Shown here one piece after another: positions 19,538-27,936 of a DNA stretch of 64,000 nt. The notes beneath the pieces are model-generated. The model saw nothing but the letters and a program-made list of their open reading frames with translations. It ran no database searches and was not told the DNA's origin. Position 1 is the stretch's first letter; the number at the start of each line of letters is the position of its first letter. This DNA comes from Actinomycetota bacterium. GTDB taxonomy: Bacteria; Actinomycetota; Actinomycetes; Mycobacteriales; SCTD01. The translations under genes and the position numbers were made by a program. Location of the stretch: NCBI GenBank assembly GCA_019348355.1, contig JAHWJP010000001.1, forward strand, positions 12,752-76,751, given 5' to 3'.

Positions 19538-20470
19538 CTAGGCGGCCCGGCGGGCGGCGGCCCTCGCGAACGCGCGCCGGATGCGGGCGGCAAGCACTTC
19601 CGGAAAGCGCAGCGCCTCGTCCCAGGTGTAGCGGACGACCTCGAAGCCGGCGTCCCGCAGACGGTCCTCTCGCAGCTTCTCCTCGAACAAGCCGGTGCCC
19701 GCCGCATACTTCACGGCGCCATCCGCCTCGGCGACCGTGCGGTGCTCCGGCCAGTAGTGGTCGACGCGCCCGATGCGGTCGTCCGCCGAGCCCAGCCACA
19801 CCTGCAGCTCCGGCACCGGCAGGCCCTGCTCCTCGAAGCGCACCCGGCCGAGGGACTCGAGGGCGGACTCAGCCCGGGCATCGGCGAACGTGACAGCGCG
19901 GCGGGCCGCCCGGATGCCCGGCCATCGCCGACTCCTGTCCACGAGCCGCTCGAGGTCCGCGAGCGTGGCCCCCTTGGCAAGGGCCACGTCGGCACACATG
20001 ACCCCCGCGGCGAACCCGCGCGTCCGCGCGACATCGACGGCGGTACGCGCCAGCGTCGTCACGGGCACGCCGTACAGCGTCTCGGTCTCGTCCGGCAGGA
20101 CGATACGGCTCGCTCCGTGGTGCTTCGGACGCTCGTGCTTGCGCTCGATGAGCATCGGCCGGACCGGGTCGCGCCCGAGCAGGCGGAGGTTCTGCATGAG
20201 GGCGGCCGTGCCGCCCGCGGCAACGAGATCGACGTCGCTGACGAGCCGCTCGGCTGCGACCGACAACGCCAGGCGAAGCACCGTGTCGAGCTCGCCCAGC
20301 AGCGCCGCCTCGGCGTAGACACCTGGGCGGACCCGGACCAGCTGGCGTGGCCGCGAGGTCGTGCCGAGTTGACTGGCCGGCACGCCGCCGTCCCGGGCCT
20401 GCTCGCGTGTCAGCACTCCGCCCTGTGACGCGGCCAGCTCCCGAAGCTCGTCATCCACGAAGGCGAGCAT
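19538..20470 (-). CDS. AbiEi-N-terminal-like / DUF559-like (restriction-endonuclease-fold) protein
   Basis: N-terminus FVDDELRELAASQGGVLTREQA...LVRVRPGVY. C-terminus RIGRVDHYWPEHRTVAEADGAVKY...REDRLRDAGFEVVRYTW is typical of DUF559/Vsr-like domains. Start set at ATG 20470. Confidence 0.65.
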   Translation of the reverse strand: MLAFVDDELRELAASQGGVLTREQARDGGVPASQLGTTSRPRQLVRVRPGVYAEAALLGELDTVLRLALSVAAERLVSDVDLVAAGGTAALMQNLRLLGRDPVRPMLIERKHERPKHHGASRIVLPDETETLYGVPVTTLARTAVDVARTRGFAAGVMCADVALAKGATLADLERLVDRSRRWPGIRAARRAVTFADARAESALESLGRVRFEEQGLPVPELQVWLGSADDRIGRVDHYWPEHRTVAEADGAVKYAAGTGLFEEKLREDRLRDAGFEVVRYTWDEALRFPEVLAARIRRAFARAAARRAA

Positions 20471-20526
20471 CCACGTACGCCCGACTCGGCGCCGAAGTTG
20501 TCCACAGCCCACCCACGCCCCATCGC

Positions 20527-20586
20527 ACTTCCCTGCGAGCCGACACTTCAGCGAGGGTCAGGAGTGCCCTTACGCAGGGGAAGTGG
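20527..20586. repeat. about 60-bp palindromic element, copy B
   Basis: ACTTCCCTGCG ... GACACTTC ... CGCAGGGGAAGTGG. Same block order and spacing as copy A, in direct orientation 1135 bp away. Confidence 0.65.
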
Positions 20587-20618
20587 CCAGGGGCAGCAGG
20601 GCATGGCGCCTCGCGGCT

Positions 20619-21977
20619 CTAGAGCGGGCCGAGCTTGTCGTGCAGATAGCGGGACACCTGCTCGAGCGACACCCGCTCCTGCGTCATCGCGTCGCGCTCG
20701 CGGATGGTCACCGCTTGGTCCTGCAGGCTGTCGAAGTCGACCGTCACGCAGTACGGCGTCCCGACCTCGTCCTGGCGCCGGTAACGCCGGCCGATCGCGC
20801 CCGCGTCGTCGAAGTCGACGTTCCAGTGGCGGCGCAGGTCAGCGGCCAGCGAGCGCGCCACCGGCGACAGGTCAGCGTTGCGCGACAGCGGCAGCACCGC
20901 TGCCTTGACCGGCGCGAGGCGCGGGTCCAGCCGGAGCACGACGCGCTTGTCGACACCACCCTTGGCGTTCGGCGCCTCGTCCTCGACATAGGCATCGAGC
21001 AGGAAGGTCAGCGCGCAGCGGTCGACGCCGGCGGCGGGCTCGATGACGTACGGCGTCCAGCGCTCCCCGCTCTCCTGTTGGAAGTAGTCGAGCGCCACCC
21101 CGGAGGCCTTGCTGTGCACCGACAGGTCGTAGTCGCCCCGGTTCGCGATGCCCTCGAGCTCACCCCACTGCGAGCCGGCGAAGCCGAACTCGTACTCGAT
21201 GTCCACGGTGCGCGTGGAGTAGTGCGAGAGCTTCTCCTTGGGGTGCTCGAACTTGCGCAACCGCTCCGAATTGATGCCGAGGTCGACGTACCAGGCGAAG
21301 CGCTCGTCGATCCAGTCCTGGTGCCACTGCTCGTCGGTGCCCGGCTCGACGAAGAACTCCATCTCCATCTGCTCGAACTCGCGGGTGCGGAAGATGAAGT
21401 TGCCGGGGGTGATCTCGTTGCGGAAGCTCTTGCCGATCTGGCCGATGCCGAACGGCGGCTTCTTGCGCGCGCTCTGCTGCACGTTGGCGTAGTTGATGAA
21501 AATGCCCTGCGCGGTCTCCGGGCGCAGGTAGGCCAGGCCGCTGTCGTCCTCCACCACGCCGAGGTGGGTCTGAAGCAGGCCGTTGAACATCTTCGGCTCG
21601 GTCCACACGTGACGGTTGCCGCAGCTGGGGCAGGCGATCGCAGCGAGCTCCATCCCCGCCCCCTCCTCGAGATGGTCGGCGCGATAGCGCTTGTGGCACG
21701 ACATGCACTCGACCAGCGGGTCGACGAATGCCTGCACGTGACCGCTGGTCTCCCAGACCTCACGGGCGAGGATGACGCAGGAGTCGAGCCCCACCACGTC
21801 GTCGCGGCCCTGCACCACCGCCTTCCACCACTGGCGCTTGACGTTGTTCTTCAGCTCCACCCCGAGCGGGCCGTAGTCCCAGGAAGCGCGCAACCCGCCG
21901 TAGATCTCGGACGAGGGGAACACCAGCCCGCGCCGTTTGCACAGGCTGACGATGGTGTCCATGCGGTCACTGCTCAC
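20619..21977 (-). CDS. glyQS: glycine--tRNA ligase (homodimeric class II)
   Basis: [40 protein letters not shown] and class II motifs throughout. The start is GTG 21977 or ATG 21962. Confidence 0.95.
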   Translation of the reverse strand: MSSDRMDTIVSLCKRRGLVFPSSEIYGGLRASWDYGPLGVELKNNVKRQWWKAVVQGRDDVVGLDSCVILAREVWETSGHVQAFVDPLVECMSCHKRYRADHLEEGAGMELAAIACPSCGNRHVWTEPKMFNGLLQTHLGVVEDDSGLAYLRPETAQGIFINYANVQQSARKKPPFGIGQIGKSFRNEITPGNFIFRTREFEQMEMEFFVEPGTDEQWHQDWIDERFAWYVDLGINSERLRKFEHPKEKLSHYSTRTVDIEYEFGFAGSQWGELEGIANRGDYDLSVHSKASGVALDYFQQESGERWTPYVIEPAAGVDRCALTFLLDAYVEDEAPNAKGGVDKRVVLRLDPRLAPVKAAVLPLSRNADLSPVARSLAADLRRHWNVDFDDAGAIGRRYRRQDEVGTPYCVTVDFDSLQDQAVTIRERDAMTQERVSLEQVSRYLHDKLGPL

Positions 21978-22118
21978 AACAGAAACTCCGGTCCGGCTGG
22001 CGGTCGGCGGGTGGGTTCGCAGGCTACCGGTGTGCTCGAGTTGTCCGAGGCCTTCGGGTGATCCACGCGGAGTTGCAGGTGGATCCCGGCCCGGGCTACA
22101 CCTCGAAGTCTCCGTGGA

Positions 22119-22532
22119 TCACGCCTGGGGGTGGGGGTGGGGGTGGAGGGGAGACGCCGGACCGGATGCCTCCCCCACGCCCACCTGGTCGGCGTCGGCC
22201 GCTCGGCGGCTGCTCTGCACCACCGGAGCAGCGTCCGCCTCGTCGCGGTGCAGGATCTCGAAAGCGCTCGGCTCGTCGCGGCCCAGCGACAGCAGCGGGG
22301 CTGCGTCGACCTTCACGTCGTAGGACGAGAGGCTGCGGCGGTACGCGCCCACGCCGATCCACTCGGTGGTCAGCACCCACGCGGTCGGGTCGTCGGCTGC
22401 GCGTGCGACGCGTCCTCGGACGTAACCGGGCCGCACGGCGAAGGCGGCCAGCGCCGCCTGCGCCCGCGGCAGGAACGAGCCGGACTCTGCCTCCGGCACG
22501 TCGAACCGCGTCACTACCAGCACGGATGACAC
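22119..22532 (-). CDS. antibiotic-biosynthesis-monooxygenase (ABM)-like small protein
   Basis: VLVVTRFDVPEAE...WVLTTEWIGVGAYRRSL resembles the ABM ferredoxin-like fold. Start set at GTG 22532. The C-terminus is HPHPHPQA. Confidence 0.55.
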   Translation of the reverse strand: MSSVLVVTRFDVPEAESGSFLPRAQAALAAFAVRPGYVRGRVARAADDPTAWVLTTEWIGVGAYRRSLSSYDVKVDAAPLLSLGRDEPSAFEILHRDEADAAPVVQSSRRAADADQVGVGEASGPASPLHPHPHPQA

Positions 22533-22568
22533 GCTAGCTGCCGGTCCCCTGCTGGAAGGTCGTCTCAC

Positions 22569-22946
22569 GTGCCGAAGTCGCGATCACGTCGACGCCCGTC
22601 CGGCACTCGTTCGCGTCCCCGACCGCGGCCCGCAGCGCCCTCCGCGCCGCTCGTGCCGCAGCCGGCGCCCGGCCTGCGCGGGAGGGTCGAGCGCGCGAGT
22701 GCCCCCACGCTGCTGTGGCTCTCGGCCCGGCCCAAGTTCCTGCTGCCGGTCGCGACCGTCGTGCTGCTCGTCGTCGGCCTGGCCGCCCCGACGCCGGTCG
22801 GCGTGCCGGTGCTCGTGCTTCTCGTGCTGCTCATCAGCAGCCTGTCCTACCTCTCCTGGCCGGTGGTCGAAGGAGCAGCGCGACTGCTCCGACTGGCCAC
22901 GATCGGACTGCTGATCGCCGCGATCGTGGGACGGCTGTCGGCCTGA
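22569..22946 (+). CDS. hypothetical membrane protein with basic Pro/Arg-rich N-terminus
   Basis: Two or three hydrophobic helices (FLLPVATVVLLVVGLAA, VPVLVLLVLLISSLSYL, LATIGLLIAAIVG). Codon bias is acceptable. Confidence 0.5.
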   Translation: MPKSRSRRRPSGTRSRPRPRPAAPSAPLVPQPAPGLRGRVERASAPTLLWLSARPKFLLPVATVVLLVVGLAAPTPVGVPVLVLLVLLISSLSYLSWPVVEGAARLLRLATIGLLIAAIVGRLSA

Positions 22947-23048
22947 GTTCGCCCGAAAAGCAAGGGGGCCGCACAGCCGGTCCCACGACGTGTCAGGATC
23001 AGCGCGACCCACGCGACGGCGTGCGCATTAGGACATACGGAGGACACC

Positions 23049-23534
23049 TTGAGCGAGACCACGGACGCCACCCCGATCGAGACCGAAACGATCGCTGCTC
23101 CCGCCGACACCGCTGAGGCGGCTCCGGCGAAGGCAGCCAAGTCCACTCCCAGCCGCCGCGGGCGCAGCGCCGGCAAGGCCCCGGCGAAGCGCAGCACGAC
23201 CCGCCCCGCGCGCAGCAGCAGCTCGTCGTCCCGGTCGGGTGGCTCCTCGCCGGGTTCCGACGCGGCCGGCTCCCTCGCCGCCGCGCTGCGCAGCCTGGTC
23301 GGTGGCATCGAGAACGAGGTCAGCAGCATCTCCGGCTTGTCCGGTGAGATCGACACTCACGTGCAGGCGCTCAACGACCTGCGCGCAGAGGCGACCCGTC
23401 GCCTGCTGCACCTCGACGACCTGCGCGCCGCAGCCGAGGACGTCAACCTCAGCGCGTTCCTGGACACCTCCATCCAGCCGCAGCTGCCCCAGGTCGAGGA
23501 GGACTTCCCCGACCGGATCTACGGCGGCAGCTGA
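23049..23534 (+). CDS. hypothetical protein, paralog 1 (basic Ser-rich N-terminus plus conserved C-terminal domain)
   Basis: TTG start with GGAGGA upstream. The C-terminal 85 aa are about 45 percent identical by eye to the product of 23571-23885. Confidence 0.65.
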   Translation: MSETTDATPIETETIAAPADTAEAAPAKAAKSTPSRRGRSAGKAPAKRSTTRPARSSSSSSRSGGSSPGSDAAGSLAAALRSLVGGIENEVSSISGLSGEIDTHVQALNDLRAEATRRLLHLDDLRAAAEDVNLSAFLDTSIQPQLPQVEEDFPDRIYGGS

Positions 23535-23553
23535 GCGCACCGGTCCACGAGTA

Positions 23554-23595
23554 GCGCAGAGGGCGGGGAGCTAGCGAGCTCCTCGCCCTCTGCGC
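23554..23595. terminator. GC-rich hairpin between convergent genes (possible bidirectional terminator)
   Basis: GCGCAGAGGGCGGGGAGCT-agcg-AGCTCCTCGCCCTCTGCGC. 19-bp stem with one mismatch and a 4-nt loop. It overlaps the stop and last codons of the minus-strand gene. There is no clear U tract. Confidence 0.5.
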
Positions 23596-23885
23596 TTCTT
23601 CGCGGCGCCGTACATCCGCTCGGGGAACTCCTCCTTCACCTGCGGCAGCGGCGCGACCGCCGCTCTGCTGAGGTAGGCAGCCAGATGTGGGTCGTCGACG
23701 GCGGCGCGCAGCACATCGAGTCGGCGGAGCCGCTCGGCGGCGTTGGCGCGCAGCGCATTGACCTTCGTGACGTGCTCGTCGATGCGCCGGGACAGGCTCG
23801 TGATGACGGCGACTTCACTCTCGATGCCCCAGACGAGTTCGCGCAGGCCGTACGTCAACGTGGTCGCGGTCATCTGCTCGGGCAC
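23571..23885 (-). CDS. hypothetical protein, paralog 2 (conserved domain plus basic C-terminal tail)
   Basis: GTG start with AGGAGGA upstream. LRELVWGIESEVAVITSLSRRIDEHV...LPQVKEEFPERMYGA parallels paralog 1. Confidence 0.65.
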   Translation of the reverse strand: MPEQMTATTLTYGLRELVWGIESEVAVITSLSRRIDEHVTKVNALRANAAERLRRLDVLRAAVDDPHLAAYLSRAAVAPLPQVKEEFPERMYGAAKKRRGRGAR

Positions 23886-23985
23886 CCGTCCTCCTAGGTC
23901 TCGGGTTCACGCTAGGTGAACGCACCGAACTACGGCAGCATTTGAGCCAACGTGCCTGCCGTGTCGCCGGTCACTGCACGTCCCC

Positions 23986-24801
23986 TCACCCCTCATCAAG
24001 GTCGACCGCGTTGGGCAGCGCCCCGCCGTACCGTCGGTCGCGCGACGCGTAGATCTCGATCGCCTGCCAGAGGTGGCGCCGGTCCACGTCCGGCCACAGC
24101 GTGTCCAGGAAGATCAGCTCGGCGTAGGCCGACTGCCACAGCAGGAAGTTCGACGTGCGTTGCTCACCCGAGGTGCGCAGGAACAGGTCGACGTCGGGCA
24201 TGTCCGGCTCGTCGAGATATCGGGCGAGGACCCGGTCGTCGACCTTCGCCGGATCGAGGTGCCCCGCAGCCACATCGTGTGCGAGAAGCCGTGCGGCGTC
24301 GCCGATCTCGGCCCGACCGCCGTAGTTGACGCACATGGTCAGGGTGCAGACGTCGTTGTCGCGCGTCAACTCCTCGGCCTCCTCGAGCTCCCGGATGACC
24401 GAACGCCAGAGCTTCGGGCGTCGACCGGCCCAGCGCACGCGCACTCCCAGCTCATGCATCTCGTCGCGTCGCCGGCGGATGACGTCGCGGTTGAAGCCCA
24501 TCAGGAAGCGGACCTCGTCGGGTGAGCGCTTCCAGTTCTCGGTCGAGAACGCGTACGCAGAAACCCATCCCACGCCGATCTCGATGGCGCCCTCGACGAC
24601 GTCGAACAGCGACGACTCGCCGGCCTCGTGTCCTGCGGTGCGCGGCAGGCCACGGTCCTTCGCCCAGCGCCCGTTGCCGTCCATGACGATCGCCACGTGT
24701 CGCGGGACGAGTTCGGGAGGCAACGCCGGCGGCCGCACACCTGAGGGGTGCGGCGTCGGGGGGCGCACCGTCGCGCGCGCCGGCGACGGGCGACGTCTCA
24801 C
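23986..24801 (-). CDS. uppS: isoprenyl (undecaprenyl/decaprenyl-type) diphosphate synthase, cis-prenyltransferase
   Basis: [35 protein letters not shown] and ...[20 protein letters not shown]. The start proposed at GTG 24801 overlaps the recO stop (GTGA). ATG 24849 is the alternative. Confidence 0.9.
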   Translation of the reverse strand: MRRRPSPARATVRPPTPHPSGVRPPALPPELVPRHVAIVMDGNGRWAKDRGLPRTAGHEAGESSLFDVVEGAIEIGVGWVSAYAFSTENWKRSPDEVRFLMGFNRDVIRRRRDEMHELGVRVRWAGRRPKLWRSVIRELEEAEELTRDNDVCTLTMCVNYGGRAEIGDAARLLAHDVAAGHLDPAKVDDRVLARYLDEPDMPDVDLFLRTSGEQRTSNFLLWQSAYAELIFLDTLWPDVDRRHLWQAIEIYASRDRRYGGALPNAVDLDEG

Positions 24802-25523
24802 AGGCGCTCCACCAGAGGCAGGCTCCGCAACCCCCGCTCGAGGTGCCACTGCAGGTGCGCCGACACGAGCCCGCTCGCCTCGTTGCGGGTGCGCCGGTCG
24901 GCGAGCTCTGCCGCCGTCCAGTCCCCGTGAAGCAGGTCGACCATCAGCGAGAGTGCCGCAGGCGCCGGAGACGCCGTGCCGGCCGGCCGGCAGAGGGCGC
25001 AGACGGTGCCGCCTGCGGGGACGGAGAAGGCGCGATGCGGCCCGGGCTCGCCGCAGCGGGCGCAGTCCGACAGCGCCGGCGCGTAGCCGGCCACCGACAT
25101 GGCGCGCAGCAGGAAGGCGTCCAGCACCAGCGACGGGTCGCGTTCGCCGAGCGCGCGCAGCGCACCGACGACGAGCAGGAACAGTCGGAGCGAGGGTTCC
25201 CGCTCCTCTGCGGTCAGCCGCTCCGCGGTCTCCAGCACCGCCGTCCCCGACGTGTAGCGGCGGTAGTCGGTGACCAGGGATTCGCCGTACGCGGTGAGGC
25301 TGTCGGCCTGCACGACGATGTCCAGGTTGCGACCCTCGTAGAGCTGCAGGTCCACGTGGCTGAACGGCTCCACCGTCGCGCCGAACTTCGACCGGGTGCG
25401 CCGCACGCCCTTCGCGACCGCGCGCACCCGGCCGTGCCGGCGCGTCAGCACGGTGATGATGCGGTCTGCCTCACCGAGCTTCTGCACCCGCAGGACGACG
25501 CCCTCGTCGCGGTAGAGGCTCAC
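24798..25523 (-). CDS. recO: DNA repair protein RecO
   Basis: [42 protein letters not shown] and the zinc motif CARCG...C.LC. GTG 25523. The upstream part of the track ORF was rejected. Confidence 0.9.
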   Translation of the reverse strand: MSLYRDEGVVLRVQKLGEADRIITVLTRRHGRVRAVAKGVRRTRSKFGATVEPFSHVDLQLYEGRNLDIVVQADSLTAYGESLVTDYRRYTSGTAVLETAERLTAEEREPSLRLFLLVVGALRALGERDPSLVLDAFLLRAMSVAGYAPALSDCARCGEPGPHRAFSVPAGGTVCALCRPAGTASPAPAALSLMVDLLHGDWTAAELADRRTRNEASGLVSAHLQWHLERGLRSLPLVERL

Positions 25524-25623
25524 CCCTGAAACGTAGTCCGGGCGGCGGGAGATCGCCGCGCGCCGAGCCGCCGGCGGCGCGACGGCCCGGCGGTCGGGGA
25601 CGCCCGGTCGCCGGGCCGCGGTG

Positions 25624-26538
25624 TTAGAACCCCAGCTTGCGCAGCTGCTTCGGGTCCTTCTGCCAGTCCTTCGCGACCGACACGTGCAGGTTGAGAAACA
25701 CCCGCATGCCGAGCAGCGACTCGATCTGGTGCCGGGCGGTGGTGCCGACGCCCTTGAGCCGGGCGCCGCCGGTGCCGAGGACGATCGCCTTCTGGCTGTC
25801 ACGCTCGACGTAGAGCGTGGCGAAGACGTCCAGCAGCGGCTTGTCGTCGGGCCGGTCCTCCCGCAGGTTCATCTCGTCGACGGTGACGGCGATCGAGTGC
25901 GGCAGCTCGTCGCGAACGCCCTCCAGAGCGGCCTCGCGGATGAACTCGCCGATGAGCACCTGCTCCGGCTCATCGGTGAGGTCACCCTCGGGATAGAGCG
26001 CCGGGCCCTCCGGCAGCCGCGCGACGAGCAGGTCGGTGAGCAGACCGACCTGGAAGTCCGACACGGCGCTGACCGGGACGACCTCCGCCCACTCGGCCAG
26101 CTTCGACACTGCCAGCAGCTGCTCACCGACGGCCTGCTTGCTGCGCACCTTGTCGGTCTTGGTGACGACGGCGACGACCGGCGTCGTGACCTGCGCGAGC
26201 TCAGTGGCGATGAAGCGGTCACCCGGTCCGAGCTTGTCGTCCGCGGTCACGCAGAAGCAGATGACGTCGACGCTCGCGTAGGTCTCGCGCACGATGTCGT
26301 TGAGCCGCGAGCCGAGCAGGGTGCGTGGCTTGTGCAACCCCGGGGTGTCGACGAGGACCAGCTGTGCGTCCGCCCGGTGCACGATGCCGCGCACCGCGTG
26401 CCGCGTCGTCTGCGGCCGGCTGCTCGTGATTGCGACCTTGGTCCCCGTCAGGGCGTTGGTCAGGGTGCTCTTGCCGGCGTTGGGACGCCCGACGAAGCAG
26501 GCGAACCCGGAGCGGAAGCCCGCCGAATCAGTCCTCAC
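25624..26538 (-). CDS. era: GTPase Era
   Basis: G1 GRPNAGKST, G3 DTPG, G4 TKTD and a C-terminal KH domain. Length 304 aa. Confidence 0.95.
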   Translation of the reverse strand: MRTDSAGFRSGFACFVGRPNAGKSTLTNALTGTKVAITSSRPQTTRHAVRGIVHRADAQLVLVDTPGLHKPRTLLGSRLNDIVRETYASVDVICFCVTADDKLGPGDRFIATELAQVTTPVVAVVTKTDKVRSKQAVGEQLLAVSKLAEWAEVVPVSAVSDFQVGLLTDLLVARLPEGPALYPEGDLTDEPEQVLIGEFIREAALEGVRDELPHSIAVTVDEMNLREDRPDDKPLLDVFATLYVERDSQKAIVLGTGGARLKGVGTTARHQIESLLGMRVFLNLHVSVAKDWQKDPKQLRKLGF

Positions 26539-26562
26539 GGTCGACCACTCTCGCAGGGCGCT

Positions 26563-26925
26563 TCACGTGGTGACGGTGTGGTGCACCCGCCCGTCGTCGC
26601 CGGCGAGCCACAGCGGGACGCCGACCCCGAACTCGCGCAGCACGGCAAGGTCGGCCTCGCTTACCAGCGCGCCCCCTACGACGACAGCCGCCTCGAAGCT
26701 GCGCGCGCCGCTGGAGGCGGCGGCCGCGACGGCAGCCCGAAGCGCCGATGTCGTCAGTCCGGGGTCGGCGTTCTCAACGGTCGCCGCGGCGTAGGTGCGC
26801 CCGTCGCTGTCACGGACCGCAGCGCCCTCGGCCACCCCGGTGTGCGGCGCATGGGCACGGAGCCGCGCGCCTTTCGCCAGGGTCACGATTTTGGCGTCCT
26901 CCGGGTCGAGCTCCAGCACCGTCAC
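26563..26925 (-). CDS. cytidine-deaminase-fold-like conserved hypothetical protein
   Basis: LELDPEDAKIVTLAKGARLRA... sits in the conserved position just upstream of era. The start is uncertain (GTG 26925/26919). The track start at 26994 would lie inside the Zur box. Confidence 0.55.
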   Translation of the reverse strand: MTVLELDPEDAKIVTLAKGARLRAHAPHTGVAEGAAVRDSDGRTYAAATVENADPGLTTSALRAAVAAAASSGARSFEAAVVVGGALVSEADLAVLREFGVGVPLWLAGDDGRVHHTVTT

Positions 26926-26988
26926 CGCGGGAAACACCTGCTTTCCGAAGGGGAGATTGATCGACCGATCGTACGTGCCGCGTCCTAT

Positions 26989-27003
26989 TGGCAATGATTG
27001 CCA
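26989..27003. promoter_or_regulatory. Zur/Fur-type operator (7-1-7 palindrome TGGCAAT-G-ATTGCCA)
   Basis: Perfect palindrome placed 8 nt upstream of the putative -10 of znuA. It resembles actinobacterial Zur boxes (TGAAAAT-N-ATTTTCA type), and zur is encoded in the same operon. Confidence 0.6.
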
Positions 27004-27010
27004 GAACGGG

Positions 27011-27016
27011 TAGGGT
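27011..27016 (+). promoter_or_regulatory. putative -10 hexamer (TAGGGT) for znuA
   Basis: TANNNT hexamer 7 nt upstream of ATG 27024. Confidence 0.4.
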
Positions 27017-27023
27017 CCTTGAC

Positions 27024-27920
27024 ATGCCTTACCCGACCAGCCTTGCCCTTGCCGTCACGCTCGCCGCGGCGCTGTCCGCGTGCGGCGCTACGGGCGAGTC
27101 CGCCTCCGGCTCGGCGGACAGCGCCGGGACGCTGAGCGTCTCGGCCGGCTTCTATCCGTACGAGTTCGTCGCCGCCCGCGTCGGGGGGCCCGACGTGCAG
27201 GTGACCAACCTCACCAAGCCTGGCGGGGAGCCGCACGACCTCGAGCTCACGCCGAGGCAGGTCGCGGCGCTGGGCGAGACCGACCTGGTCGTCTACGCAC
27301 GCGGCTTCCAGCCGGCGGTCGACGAAGCGGTGGACCAGCAGGCGGCGGACCGCGCCTTCGACGTGCTCACCGCCGTCGACCTCCGCGAGGGCGAGGCAGG
27401 GCAGGACGGCGCCGACCCGCATGTGTGGCTCGACCCGGTCCGCCTCGCGACCATCGCGACGGCTGTCGCGGACCAGCTGGCCGAGCAAGCCCCGGAGCGA
27501 GCCGACGGCTTCCGGGACAGGGCCGAGGCGCTCACCACCGAGCTCGAAGCGCTCGATGACGAGTTGCGCGCCGGCCTGGCCACCTGCGAGCGCAAGCAGA
27601 TCGTGACCAGCCACGATGCCTTCGGCTACCTCGCCGGCGCGTACGGTCTGGAGCAGGTGGCGATCGCCGGGCTCTCCCCCGACGACGAGGCCTCGCCTCA
27701 GCGCCTCGCCGAGGTCGCCGGGTTGGCGAAGGACCAGGGGGTGACGACGATCTTCTTCGAGGAGCTGGTCAGCCCCAAGGTCGCCGAGTCGCTGGCGCGC
27801 GAGGTCGGCGCGCAGGCCACCGTCCTCAGCCCGCTCGAGGGTGCGCCCGACGAAGGCGACTACGTCAGTGCCATGCGGGAGAACCTGACCACCCTGCGTA
27901 CCGCCCTGGATTGCGCATGA
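27024..27920 (+). CDS. znuA: zinc/metal ABC transporter substrate-binding lipoprotein
   Basis: Lipobox LSAC. TroA/ZnuA-type sequence (YPYEFVA...GEPHDLELTP...DPHVWLDP...VTSHDAFGYL...TIFFEELVSPK). Confidence 0.85.
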   Translation: MPYPTSLALAVTLAAALSACGATGESASGSADSAGTLSVSAGFYPYEFVAARVGGPDVQVTNLTKPGGEPHDLELTPRQVAALGETDLVVYARGFQPAVDEAVDQQAADRAFDVLTAVDLREGEAGQDGADPHVWLDPVRLATIATAVADQLAEQAPERADGFRDRAEALTTELEALDDELRAGLATCERKQIVTSHDAFGYLAGAYGLEQVAIAGLSPDDEASPQRLAEVAGLAKDQGVTTIFFEELVSPKVAESLAREVGAQATVLSPLEGAPDEGDYVSAMRENLTTLRTALDCA

Positions 27921-27936
27921 CCGCCGCGAGCCCGCG

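Noticed and set aside
21978-22118. Possible T-box or other leader upstream of glyQS, including the inverted repeat GTGATCCACG...CGTGGATCAC (22058-22118)
   Set aside because: No specifier-loop/T-box consensus (GGUGGNACCGCG-like) could be found. A 10-bp inverted repeat with a 40-nt spacer is expected many times by chance in 64 kb at this composition. It may simply be the terminator of the upstream gene.
23905-23921. GTTCAC-gctag-GTGAAC palindrome upstream of the small paralog gene
   Set aside because: 6-bp arms are too short to distinguish from chance, and no matching site lies upstream of the other paralog.
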